Source: Polyangiales bacterium
GTDB taxonomy: Bacteria; Myxococcota_A; Polyangia; Polyangiales; Houyiibacteriaceae
DNA: 64,000 bases
Direction of reading: 5' to 3'
NCBI GenBank assembly: GCA_045106895.1
Contig: JBGCFM010000172.1
Coordinates: forward strand, 17,624-81,623
Made by a program: the position numbers and the translations under genes. Below the pieces are notes generated by a model, which was given only the letters and a program-made list of their open reading frames with translations, did not search any database and was not told the DNA's origin. Below are positions 9,818-18,608 of this stretch, piece after piece; positions within the stretch are counted from its first letter, which is position 1, and each line of letters starts with the position of its first letter.

Positions 9818-10927
9818 TCAGTGCGAAGGAGCGGGCGGGTTCGAGAGCATCTCGGCCCGTTGCTCCTCGAGGTGCCAATGTTTGCCTTCGTACACATCGT
9901 CGAAGAGCGTGTCGCGGGCTGGCGGGCCTGCTTTTTCTACGCGCCTGACCGCGGCGAGGATCTCGGCATCGATCTGTTCGCTCAGTTCTGCCTTGAGCGT
10001 GTCGGTGAGGAGCTCGTGCTTTCGGAGGTAGCGCTCGAATCGGACGAGCGGGTCCTTCTTTCGCCAACGCTCGACCTCATCCTCGCTGCGATAAACACTG
10101 GGGTCGTCGCTCGAACTGTGAGCGCCAATTCGGTAGGTCAGGGATTCGATGAAGGTCGGACCGCCACCGTTGCGCGCTCGGTTAAGGGCGTCGCCGATGA
10201 CTTTGTAGAGCGCCAGTACGTCGTTGCCATCCACACGGATGCCAGGGACGCCGTAGGCGTGTGCTTTTACGGCGAAGGTCTCGCTCTTCGTTTGTTTGTG
10301 CGAAGGAACGCTGATGGCCCAGTGGTTGTTCTGGCAGACCATCACGCACGGTGGCTTGTAGACGCCGGCGAAGTTCATGGCGCAGTGGAAGTCAGGCTCG
10401 CTCGTGGCGCCGTCGCCGATGAACCCAAGCGTCGCGATGTCTTTGTGGCCTTTGATCTTCGAGGCCCAAGCGGCACCAACGGCTTGGGGAAGCTGCGGGC
10501 CAAGGCATGAAGACCAAGCGACCTGGTTGACCTCGCGCCCCGACATATGGCTTGGCATTTGACGGCCTTTGAGGACATCAAGCTCGTTTCCATAAACTTG
10601 CGCCAGCCACTTCTCGAGGGGGAAGCCACGAACCAACATGATCGCATTCTCGCGAAGCGCCGGAAATACCCAGTCCTGCGGCTTGAGACAAAAGCCCGCG
10701 GCGATGGGGGTGGCTTCCTGGCCCGTGATGGCGCCGAAGAATCCAATCTTCCCCTGGCGCTGTCGCTTCATCATGCGCTCATCGAGAATCCGCACACGGA
10801 GCATGTGCTCGTACATCGAGCGGAGAACGCCGCTATCTAGCAGCGGGTCGTTCTTCGGGTCGGCGGAGCCGTCCTCGCGCAATACCTGGAATAGTCCCAG
10901 TGTCGGGTCGTCGTCAGCGAGCTGCAT
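9818..10927 (-). CDS. 2-oxoacid dehydrogenase E1 alpha subunit (branched-chain or pyruvate)
   Basis: RQGKIGFF, GRQMPSH, TPP-binding GDGATSE...NN and YRIGAHSSSDDP motifs. Start chosen at ATG 10927. Confidence 0.9.
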   Translation of the reverse strand: MQLADDDPTLGLFQVLREDGSADPKNDPLLDSGVLRSMYEHMLRVRILDERMMKRQRQGKIGFFGAITGQEATPIAAGFCLKPQDWVFPALRENAIMLVRGFPLEKWLAQVYGNELDVLKGRQMPSHMSGREVNQVAWSSCLGPQLPQAVGAAWASKIKGHKDIATLGFIGDGATSEPDFHCAMNFAGVYKPPCVMVCQNNHWAISVPSHKQTKSETFAVKAHAYGVPGIRVDGNDVLALYKVIGDALNRARNGGGPTFIESLTYRIGAHSSSDDPSVYRSEDEVERWRKKDPLVRFERYLRKHELLTDTLKAELSEQIDAEILAAVRRVEKAGPPARDTLFDDVYEGKHWHLEEQRAEMLSNPPAPSH

Positions 10928-11004
10928 CGCGCGCATCTTATCGTTGTCAGTGGGGGGGTCAACGGGCGTGTGACGCGTGGAGTAATCGGTGGTAAGTCTC
11001 CCGA

Positions 11005-11457
11005 GTGAAGGGCGTTTTTGTAGTGTTTTTTGCACTGGTGGTCGGACTCGCCTGTGCCCCTCAAACGCCTGGGGATTCGCCCGAGAGTGCCGTTCGAGGA
11101 TTTCTCGAGGCGATGGACCGAAGTGCCTGGGACGCGCAGGCTCGGCGCGACGCGTTTCTACTCATCGATGAGGCGAGCCAAGACGAACTTCGGGGGCGAG
11201 CGCGGCGGGTAGAATCGTTGGGCCGTGGGGGGATCGAGCCTTGGGAGTTCTTCGCCCAAGGGACGTTTCGCGTTCGCTGGGCGGTTGGCGGTCTCCACGC
11301 CGACGGGGATGTGGTGACGGTGGTCGGGCCCGACGGGTCCCAGACGACGATTCCCGTGGTTGAAGAAGAGGGACAATGGCGCGTGGTACTTTTCGAACCC
11401 GAGGCGCTCCCAGCGCCAGCGGGCGGAGCCGTGACGCCCATTCCCGTCGAGGGCTGA
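11005..11457 (+). CDS. Hypothetical lipoprotein (NTF2-like)
   Basis: Hydrophobic signal ending LAC, SPESAVRGFLEA helix and EEGQWRV end motif. Confidence 0.7.
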   Translation: MKGVFVVFFALVVGLACAPQTPGDSPESAVRGFLEAMDRSAWDAQARRDAFLLIDEASQDELRGRARRVESLGRGGIEPWEFFAQGTFRVRWAVGGLHADGDVVTVVGPDGSQTTIPVVEEEGQWRVVLFEPEALPAPAGGAVTPIPVEG

Positions 11458-11505
11458 AACAAGAGGGCTTCCCCGTGGGGATGACTCTGTGTCAGCATTG
11501 AGGCT

Positions 11506-12318
11506 GTGGCTCGCATCGGACTCGTACCAGGTCGAATAAGTCGAAGCTCTCGACTCGCGGCGACTCTCGTCGCAGACGCAATCTCCAAGGCAACGGGTCT
11601 CGCAGGCGATGCGTTTGTCGCACGGGAGCCGCGAGAGCTCGTCGAAAGATTCGCTGCGGGCTACATCGACATCGTTTGGGCGTCGCCGACGCTCTTTCTT
11701 CAGTCACCTCAGCTGGAGGTCGCTGCACCCATCGCCGTGTCGGTTCGCAACGGCTCTCCGCACTACCATAGCGTCTTCTTTGTTCGCCGAGACTCTGCGT
11801 TCCGAAGCCCCCTCGACCTCCGCGGGAAGTCCGTGGCGTGGGTCGCGAGCACGAGCGCGTCTGGGTACATCTTACCGCGCATGGCGCTCGCGGACATGGG
11901 CGTGCACGCCGATGAGCTGTTCAAGAAGCAGGTCTTCGTCGGCACTCATGGGAACGTCGCTCATATGGTGCGAGAGGGTGAGGTCGCTTGCGGCGCCGGT
12001 TACGCGCACTTCATCGACGGCGACCTGACGCAAGGGGTGCGCGCAGCGAGCTACTCAGAGAGCGGCGATGGCGCGGACATGCGAGTCCTCCTCGCTTCAC
12101 CCCCGATACCATCGGACCTCTTCTTGGCGCACCCGTCGGCGGCAGAGAAGTGCGACCTTTTCGAAGCGATCGAAGAGGCGCGTCTTGCTTCGCCTGAGCC
12201 GTTTGAACAGCTCTTCGGCATCGATGGATTCGCGCGGCCTGATGCAGGTGCGCTCGCCCAGCTTCGACGTAGCCTTGACGCGGCCCGTAGCTTCGGCGTG
12301 TTGGGTCTTCCGAGCTAG
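11506..12318 (+). CDS. PhnD/phosphonate-type substrate-binding domain protein without a signal peptide
   Basis: YHSVFFVRRDS, DLRGKSVAW, STSASGYILP and GTHGNV motifs. Confidence 0.8.
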   Translation: MARIGLVPGRISRSSRLAATLVADAISKATGLAGDAFVAREPRELVERFAAGYIDIVWASPTLFLQSPQLEVAAPIAVSVRNGSPHYHSVFFVRRDSAFRSPLDLRGKSVAWVASTSASGYILPRMALADMGVHADELFKKQVFVGTHGNVAHMVREGEVACGAGYAHFIDGDLTQGVRAASYSESGDGADMRVLLASPPIPSDLFLAHPSAAEKCDLFEAIEEARLASPEPFEQLFGIDGFARPDAGALAQLRRSLDAARSFGVLGLPS

Positions 12319-12379
12319 TACCAATCATCCACCCTGAACCGGTCAGAACTTCTGAGATGAAGTACTAGCCGCTTAAACG

Positions 12380-12408
12380 AAAACGCCCCGGCGAAGCCGA
12401 GGCGTTTT
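12380..12408. terminator. Probable bidirectional intrinsic terminator between convergent genes
   Basis: AAAACGCCCCGGC-GAA-GCCGAGGCGTTTT; fully paired with one G-U on the minus strand, with A/T tracts on both sides. Confidence 0.85.
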
Positions 12409-12424
12409 GCGTGCGTGTTGTGCG

Positions 12425-13588
12425 TTAGAAGCGTTCGAAGAGACCCGCGGCGCCCATGCCGCCACCGATGCACATCGTCACGATGGCGCGCTTACCACCA
12501 CGTCGCTTCAGTTCATGGAGTGCCGTCGCCGTGAGCTTCGCGCCGGTGCATCCAAGTGGATGGCCAAGAGCGATAGCGCCGCCGTGAACGTTCAACTTCT
12601 CGTCGGGGATGTTCAGCGTTCGCTTCACGTAGAGGGACTGACTTGCGAAGGCCTCGTTGAGCTCGATGACATCGATGTCATCGATGGTCAGGCCTGTCTT
12701 TGCAAAGAGCTTCTGAACGGCGGGAACCGGACCGATGCCCATGATGGACGGGTCCACACCCGCGGTGACGAAGTGCGTCATCCAGCCAAGAGGCTTGAGA
12801 CCAAGTTCGTTGACCTTGGCTTCGCTCATGACGAGCGCAGCCGCGGCGCCATCGCTCAGAGGAGATGAGGAGCCAGCCGTTACTGAACCCTTGGCAGCGA
12901 ATGCCGGGCGGAGCTTGCCGAGGCCTTCAAGAGTCGTCTGGGGACGAGGAAGCTCGTCCTTCGTGAACTCGAAGAGAATTCGCTCGGAGCCTTCGTATCG
13001 AACGCCGTGAACGGGGACGATTTCGTCCGCGAAGGCGTTGTTCTCCAGGGCGACCTTGGCCTTCATCTGGCTGGCGTACGCGAACGCATCCTGGTCCTCG
13101 CGGGAGATTTCGAAGCGATTGGCCACGTTCTCCGCTGTGATGCCCATCGGAGTGTACGCCGCAGGCATGCGCTCCATGGCTTCTGGCGACATGCTGGGCT
13201 TGTTGCCCGTCATGGGGACCATCGACATGGACTCGACGCCGCCGGCGACGATGACGTCACTCCAGCCCGCGGCGATCTGTCCCGCTGCAAGAGCGATAGC
13301 CTGAAGGCCGCTCGAGCAGAAACGGTTGATGGTCATGGCGGAGCTTTCCTCCGGCAGACCACCGAGGAGGCCCGCGATGCGGGCGACGTTCAAGCCCTGC
13401 TCACCTTCTGGCATGGCGCAGCCAAGGACGAAGTCCTCGACAAGCTCAGGGCTCACATCTGGAACACGACCCATGAGGCCGCGAAGGACCTCGGCGGTAA
13501 GTTCGTCAGGACGTCGCTCACGAAGGGAACCCTTGTGAGCTCGGCCGACGGCGGAGCGGACTGCATCTACGATTGCTACTTTGGTCAT
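12425..13588 (-). CDS. fadA: Acetyl-CoA C-acyltransferase (3-ketoacyl-CoA thiolase)
   Basis: [22 protein letters not shown] and MCIGGGMG motifs. Confidence 0.93.
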   Translation of the reverse strand: MTKVAIVDAVRSAVGRAHKGSLRERRPDELTAEVLRGLMGRVPDVSPELVEDFVLGCAMPEGEQGLNVARIAGLLGGLPEESSAMTINRFCSSGLQAIALAAGQIAAGWSDVIVAGGVESMSMVPMTGNKPSMSPEAMERMPAAYTPMGITAENVANRFEISREDQDAFAYASQMKAKVALENNAFADEIVPVHGVRYEGSERILFEFTKDELPRPQTTLEGLGKLRPAFAAKGSVTAGSSSPLSDGAAAALVMSEAKVNELGLKPLGWMTHFVTAGVDPSIMGIGPVPAVQKLFAKTGLTIDDIDVIELNEAFASQSLYVKRTLNIPDEKLNVHGGAIALGHPLGCTGAKLTATALHELKRRGGKRAIVTMCIGGGMGAAGLFERF

Positions 13589-13602
13589 CTTGATACTCCC
13601 GC

Positions 13603-15969
13603 TTAGTTCCGGAGGGGCTTGTTGTGCTGCAGCATGTGCTGCATACGGGCCTGGCTCAGTTCCTCACCACAGAGACTGAGGAATGCCTCAAGCTCAAGGT
13701 CGAGGAGGTCTTGTTCAGTGTTCTGACGCGCGTGACCGCCGACGCCGCCGCAGAGAACCGTGGCGACCTTTCGGGCGATGAGTGCGTCGTGTGGGCTGGC
13801 GTAACCACCCGCGACCATGGTGTCGACAACGCTCGAGAGTGTCGCGATACCGCTCTCGCCGGGCAGCTTGTAGGTGCGAGGCGCCATTGGCTTGTAGCCC
13901 TGAGCGGCCATGCCGATGACGCGCTGCTTGGCTTCGTGGAGATGGCGCGCGCGGTCAAAGCTGATGCCGTCGCCCCGTCGGAAGTAGCCGAAGTACTGCG
14001 CTTCAACGCCGCTGGTGGCGACGCGCGCCATCGCGATGTTCTCGAAGGTTCGCGCCACGTAGGTCTGCGAGTCGAAGTTCGTCCCGTCGGGGATGTTCTC
14101 CATTGCGCGCCAGAGCATGTTGACGTTGCCGGCGCCGCCGGGGAGGAGGCCAACGCCCGGCTCCACCAGACCAGCGTAGGTCTCCGCTGCCGCCTGAACG
14201 CCGTCCGACGCGAGGCAGATTTCAAGGCCGCCGCCGAGAGTCATGCCGAAGGGCGCCGCGACGACGGGCACCTTCGAGTACTTCATCTTTTGCGTGGCGG
14301 ACTGGAGACTCGAGATCATCGCTCGAAGCTGGTCCCACTGTCCGCCCTTGGCGGCCATGAGGACTCCGAAGAGGTTCGCGCCTACGCAGAAGTGCTCGCC
14401 TTCGTTGTAGATGAGCATTCCGCGGAACTCAGATTCGGCCTTCTCAAGAGCAAGCGGCAGCATCTCGATGATGCCATCGTCGATGCTGTTCGCCTTCGTC
14501 TTGAAGGTCAGTCCGAGGATCCCGTCGCCAAGGTCCCAAGCTTCGGCGGCGCCGTTCTTGAGAACAGGAGCGTCACCCTTGCGGATGTTCGCAAGAGGAG
14601 CTTCGCGCACGTCGAGCTCTTGGCCGACGTACTCGTTCTTGTTGAGGTCCCAGATCTTGCCGTCGTTGTAGAAGGCGGTGGTCCCAGCGTCGTACATCGC
14701 CGTCACGTTGGCGGGGATGTCGATGCCGTCGGCCTTCATCCGGTCGTAGGTCTCGCGGAACCCAAGGGCGTCCCAGGTCTCGAAAGGACCGAGGTCCCAG
14801 TTGTAACCCCACTTCATGGCGTTATCGATGGCGACGATGTCGTCAGCGATTTCAGGAATGCGACGGGCCGTGTAGGCGAGGGCGCGGGATAGAACCTTCC
14901 ACGCGAACTGTCCGCCCTTGCCCTCGTCGGCGCAGAGCTTCTTCACGCGCTGAGCGGGTGAGCCCTTGATGCCCTTCATGGCTTTCTTGAGGTCTTGGTC
15001 GCCGCCCTTGGGACGGTACTCAAGGGTCTCAAGGTCAAGCACCTCGATACCCTTGGCGCGGGACTTCTTGTAGAAGCCGCCCTTGGTCTTATTTCCAAGC
15101 ATCTTCTTCTCGACCATCGCGTCGAGGAAAGCAGGTGGCTTGAAGACGTCGCGCTCTTCGTCGCCTTCGAGGGCGGCGAAGCAGTTTGAGGTCACGTGGT
15201 GGAACGTGTCGAGACCCACCATGTCCGCCGTGCGGAAGGAGGCGCTCTTGGGGTGTCCCATGGGAGGACCGGTGATGGCGTCGACGTCTTCAACGCTGAG
15301 GCCCATCTCCAGCATCGTGTGCATGGTGAGCATCATGGAGTGGCAGCCAATGCGGTTGCCGATGAAGTTCGGCGTGTCCTTGCCGACGACGACACCTTTG
15401 CCGAGCTGCTCCGTGGAACAGGTGGAGATGCGCTCGAGTGCTTCAGCGCTCGTGTCGGGACCAGTGACGATCTCGAGGAGCTTCATGTAGCGGACGGGGT
15501 TGAAGAAATGCATCACGAGGAAGTTCTTCTTGAACCCCTCTCCGCGCCCTTCGACCATGTCGGAGATTCGAAGGCCAGAAGTGTTCGAGGCGACGATGAC
15601 GTCGTCCTTACAGACCTTCTCGAGCTTCTCGAAGAGCGAGCGCTTGATGTTGAGGTTCTCGATGATGGCTTCGACAACGAGGTCGACGTCCGCGAGCTCA
15701 TCGATGTCATCTTCAAGGTTTCCTGTGCTGACGAGGGACGCGTTGTTCTTGTGAAAGAAGAGCGCGGGCTTCGCCTTGATGGTCTTCTTCAGACCGCCCT
15801 CGGCGAAAGCGTTTCGTTTGCTGGGAATCTTCTTGTCGGCATCGCTTAGCCCAGGGGGCACGATGTCGAGCAGCACCACTTGCACGCCGGCGTTAGCGAA
15901 ATGCGCGGCGATGCCGCTGCCCATTACGCCGGCGCCGATGACGCCCACTCGGCGAATCGGTTGAGTCAT
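13603..15969 (-). CDS. fadN: 3-hydroxyacyl-CoA dehydrogenase / enoyl-CoA hydratase (FadN-type domain order)
   Basis: GAGVMGSGIA, SNTSG and HFFNPVRYMKLLE in the N-terminal dehydrogenase; crotonase FCVGANL/LGGGLE; KPLRN end. AGGAG Shine-Dalgarno before ATG 15969. Confidence 0.9.
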   Translation of the reverse strand: MTQPIRRVGVIGAGVMGSGIAAHFANAGVQVVLLDIVPPGLSDADKKIPSKRNAFAEGGLKKTIKAKPALFFHKNNASLVSTGNLEDDIDELADVDLVVEAIIENLNIKRSLFEKLEKVCKDDVIVASNTSGLRISDMVEGRGEGFKKNFLVMHFFNPVRYMKLLEIVTGPDTSAEALERISTCSTEQLGKGVVVGKDTPNFIGNRIGCHSMMLTMHTMLEMGLSVEDVDAITGPPMGHPKSASFRTADMVGLDTFHHVTSNCFAALEGDEERDVFKPPAFLDAMVEKKMLGNKTKGGFYKKSRAKGIEVLDLETLEYRPKGGDQDLKKAMKGIKGSPAQRVKKLCADEGKGGQFAWKVLSRALAYTARRIPEIADDIVAIDNAMKWGYNWDLGPFETWDALGFRETYDRMKADGIDIPANVTAMYDAGTTAFYNDGKIWDLNKNEYVGQELDVREAPLANIRKGDAPVLKNGAAEAWDLGDGILGLTFKTKANSIDDGIIEMLPLALEKAESEFRGMLIYNEGEHFCVGANLFGVLMAAKGGQWDQLRAMISSLQSATQKMKYSKVPVVAAPFGMTLGGGLEICLASDGVQAAAETYAGLVEPGVGLLPGGAGNVNMLWRAMENIPDGTNFDSQTYVARTFENIAMARVATSGVEAQYFGYFRRGDGISFDRARHLHEAKQRVIGMAAQGYKPMAPRTYKLPGESGIATLSSVVDTMVAGGYASPHDALIARKVATVLCGGVGGHARQNTEQDLLDLELEAFLSLCGEELSQARMQHMLQHNKPLRN

Positions 15970-15991
15970 CTTCTTACTCTCCTGCATTGAG

Positions 15992-16009
15992 TGAGCGCAT
16001 TCGCGCTCA
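15992..16009. promoter_or_regulatory. Palindromic operator candidate upstream of fadN-fadA
   Basis: TGAGCGC-ATTC-GCGCTCA, a perfect 7-bp inverted repeat just upstream of the RBS. Confidence 0.5.
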
Positions 16010-16123
16010 GGTTTTGGGGCGCCGCATGTGCGACACGAAAAGCACGGACTCGCAGAACCGAGCTGCGAAACACTGGGAGGTTCGACGTGGTGTCGAAGGG
16101 CGCTTGAGCTTCGGTCCGTCCGC

Positions 16124-16366
16124 TCACGCGGGGTCGGCTTCCGGCGCGGGGGCAGCTTCCTGCGTCGTCTCCTGGGCCGCTGCGTCCGCCGCAGCCTGCT
16201 CGGACCAGATACCGGAGAAGATCATCCAGAGCGTCGCAATGAGGAAAATCCCAAGTCCAACAGCGGGAACCCACATCGGCGTGCTGGAAGCTTCGTCACG
16301 AATTTCCGGAAGCCCTGGGGGCTTGGCTTCGGCGCTCGGAGGAGTGGAAGATTCGGTTTGGGCCAT
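16124..16366 (-). CDS. Small single-TM membrane protein
   Basis: 80 aa with one hydrophobic helix (WVPAVGLGIFLIATLWMIF) and low-complexity ends. Confidence 0.7.
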   Translation of the reverse strand: MAQTESSTPPSAEAKPPGLPEIRDEASSTPMWVPAVGLGIFLIATLWMIFSGIWSEQAAADAAAQETTQEAAPAPEADPA

Positions 16367-16424
16367 GGGCGCTAGAACCTAGTCAGCTGGGGCCCTCTGC
16401 GCAATCGATCAAATGAAGGACGGT

Positions 16425-17069
16425 TCAGTCTGCGGTGTCGGCGGCGTCCCGAATAGCCTCGCGGGGGAGGTGAAGCGCCTTGAGCCACGACAATCGGCCG
16501 CTCATCCAGAAAGTGAGAAGAAACACGGGGAGGGAGCAAGGCGCGAGGAGGAGGGCGCGCAGGCGAAGGGCACGCGATCGCGGCAAAGCGCCACCCGTGA
16601 GCGTGAGGCCCAGGCTTCGTCCCGCGAACAGGGGCGCGTATGGGACGAAAAAGAGCGCCAAAGCCGCGTTCGAGAGCGCTGCCGCCGCGGCGCTCTCGCG
16701 GGTGTCCCACCAACCAAGGCTCTCGCCCCAGCCTGCGGCCAAGAGAAGCCCCCACGCGAGCACGCCATCAATGAGGGTGATGCGCCAGCGACGTTCGGGA
16801 ACAGCTCCCTCGTCTCGCGGGGTCCAGCCCGCGAGTAGAAAGAGCCACCCGATCGTTACGCTCAGCCCGGCCCATTCGGCGTCTCGGCGGGTCTCCTCGC
16901 TCGCCTGGTAGAGCGAATCGCTGAGAGCGGCGTCGTATCCACCGATCTCCACGTTGGCGCTCACATCGCGCCACGCGCCTCGCTCACCTGCGTAGTTCGT
17001 GAGAGCGGGCAGTCCGAGGGCGACGCCGGCCGCGAGACACAGGCCGCCCAAGAGAAGTAGCCCCCTCAC
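16425..17069 (-). CDS. Hypothetical membrane protein (RDD-like C-terminal half)
   Basis: Several hydrophobic segments; GRSLG and DAADT motifs reminiscent of RDD. Confidence 0.6.
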   Translation of the reverse strand: MRGLLLLGGLCLAAGVALGLPALTNYAGERGAWRDVSANVEIGGYDAALSDSLYQASEETRRDAEWAGLSVTIGWLFLLAGWTPRDEGAVPERRWRITLIDGVLAWGLLLAAGWGESLGWWDTRESAAAAALSNAALALFFVPYAPLFAGRSLGLTLTGGALPRSRALRLRALLLAPCSLPVFLLTFWMSGRLSWLKALHLPREAIRDAADTAD

Positions 17070-17123
17070 AATTTAGGCTCCCAAAGGAAGACCCTGAGAG
17101 CGAGCCGCGTATACTCCGGAACC

Positions 17124-17783
17124 ATGGGGTATTGGATATACTATGTGCTGATGGGAGTCGCCTGGTACGCCCTCGAACACCCCATCGTATTGGTCCCGAT
17201 CGTCGCATTTTTCCTCTTTCGGCGCTTCATCCCGGACCCGTGGGTCTTGACGCGTACGTTTGCGCGCTCGCGACGGCTTCGGGACCAGATTCGGGCCAAC
17301 CCCGCGAACGTCACGGCTCGGCGTGATCTCGCGATGGTCTATCTCGAACGTCTGCGGTCAAAGAAAGCCCTGGAAGTGTTGGCTCCGGCGGTTGAGCGCG
17401 ACCCCGAGAATGCTGAAATTCGCTACCTTCTCGGACTGGCTCTGTTGCGCTCCGGAAAATACGAGGAAGCCCTCGCTTCGTTGATTTACGCCGCGGATAT
17501 CGACCCACGTGTGCGCTTTGGCGACTCGTACCGCGCCGCCGGCGATGCACTGATGCGCCTCAAGCGCTATGAGGATGCGACGGACGCGTACGAGCGTTTT
17601 GTCGAGCTCAACACATCGTCCGTCGAAGGGTGGACGAAGTTGAGTCGAGCGCACCGTGAGCACGGCGCGAGCGACGAGTCGAGCAAAGCGCTCCGCGAAG
17701 CAAAAAAGACCTGGTCCGTTCTGCCCGGCTACAAACGCCGGCAGGAGTGGCGTTGGTATCTTCGCTGCCAGCTAGGAATCTAG
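17124..17783 (+). CDS. Membrane-anchored TPR protein
   Basis: N-terminal hydrophobic hairpin followed by TPRs (DPENAEIRYLLGLALLRSGKYEEA). Confidence 0.8.
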   Translation: MGYWIYYVLMGVAWYALEHPIVLVPIVAFFLFRRFIPDPWVLTRTFARSRRLRDQIRANPANVTARRDLAMVYLERLRSKKALEVLAPAVERDPENAEIRYLLGLALLRSGKYEEALASLIYAADIDPRVRFGDSYRAAGDALMRLKRYEDATDAYERFVELNTSSVEGWTKLSRAHREHGASDESSKALREAKKTWSVLPGYKRRQEWRWYLRCQLGI

Positions 17784-17796
17784 AGCTCCTCGATTC

Positions 17797-18579
17797 CTAC
17801 TTGAGGGTCTCGAGAAGGCCTTCGTGGATCTTGCCGTTGCTCGCCACAAACCCACCGTAGTGAAGGTCACGACCGCCCTCGAGGTCCGTCCAGTGACCAC
17901 CAGCTTCACTGACCAGAAGGGCAGCTGGAGCAATATCCCAGCACTTGATGCCAGGGTCCACCACGCCGTCCATCCGGCCTTGAAGAAGGGCACGGTAGTT
18001 GGCGAAGTCAGCGAAGGAGCGTGTCGAGTACGCGGTCTCGGCAATCTTCAAGAGCGCCGAGCCTCGCCCCGAGTCGGTGAACTGTCCAGCGCCTCCGACG
18101 CCTACGAGAGCGTCCTTCATGGAGTCCACATTGGAAACGTGGCATGGCCGCCCGTTCATCGTTGCGCCACCCCCTGCGCGCGCGACGAAGAGGTCGCCGT
18201 CCGTAGGCATCAGGGCGATGGCCAGGGCGAGCTCGCCCTCCCACTCCATTGCGAGGAGAACAGACCAGGTTGGGAGACCACGAATGAACGCTCGCGTTCC
18301 GTCGATGGGATCGAGAATGAAACGCATTTTCGTGCCCGATTTCTCGCCGCCCTCTTCACCGAGAATCGCCGCTTCCGGCCAGCTCGCGTCGATGTGCGCG
18401 CGAAGTCGCCTCTCGACTTCTTGGTCGGCGGCGGTGACGGGGCTCTCGTCGTCCTTCTTCAGCACGCCGATGCCACGTTGAAGGCGAAGCGCTTCTTCGC
18501 CCGCGTCGGTCACGACGTCGATGAGGGTAGATAGGGCGCGTGCTCCGCCCAAAAGATCGAGGTCGAACTCCGTAGACAT
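17797..18579 (-). CDS. Inositol monophosphatase family protein (HisN-like histidinol-phosphatase possible)
   Basis: PVTAAD, ILGEE, FILDPIDGTRAFIRG and WDIAP motifs. Start at ATG 18579. Confidence 0.88.
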   Translation of the reverse strand: MSTEFDLDLLGGARALSTLIDVVTDAGEEALRLQRGIGVLKKDDESPVTAADQEVERRLRAHIDASWPEAAILGEEGGEKSGTKMRFILDPIDGTRAFIRGLPTWSVLLAMEWEGELALAIALMPTDGDLFVARAGGGATMNGRPCHVSNVDSMKDALVGVGGAGQFTDSGRGSALLKIAETAYSTRSFADFANYRALLQGRMDGVVDPGIKCWDIAPAALLVSEAGGHWTDLEGGRDLHYGGFVASNGKIHEGLLETLK

Positions 18580-18608
18580 GCGCTTCGATAGCACGGCGCC
18601 GGTTATTT

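Noticed and set aside
13624..14892. 422-aa plus-strand ORF (similar cases: 8178-9380, 41100-42395, 48726-49787, 55157-56116)
   Set aside because: Antisense shadows of well-supported genes (fadN, lpdA, mtnA, PP2C, rpoH); expected from GC-rich codon bias and lacking recognisable motifs.
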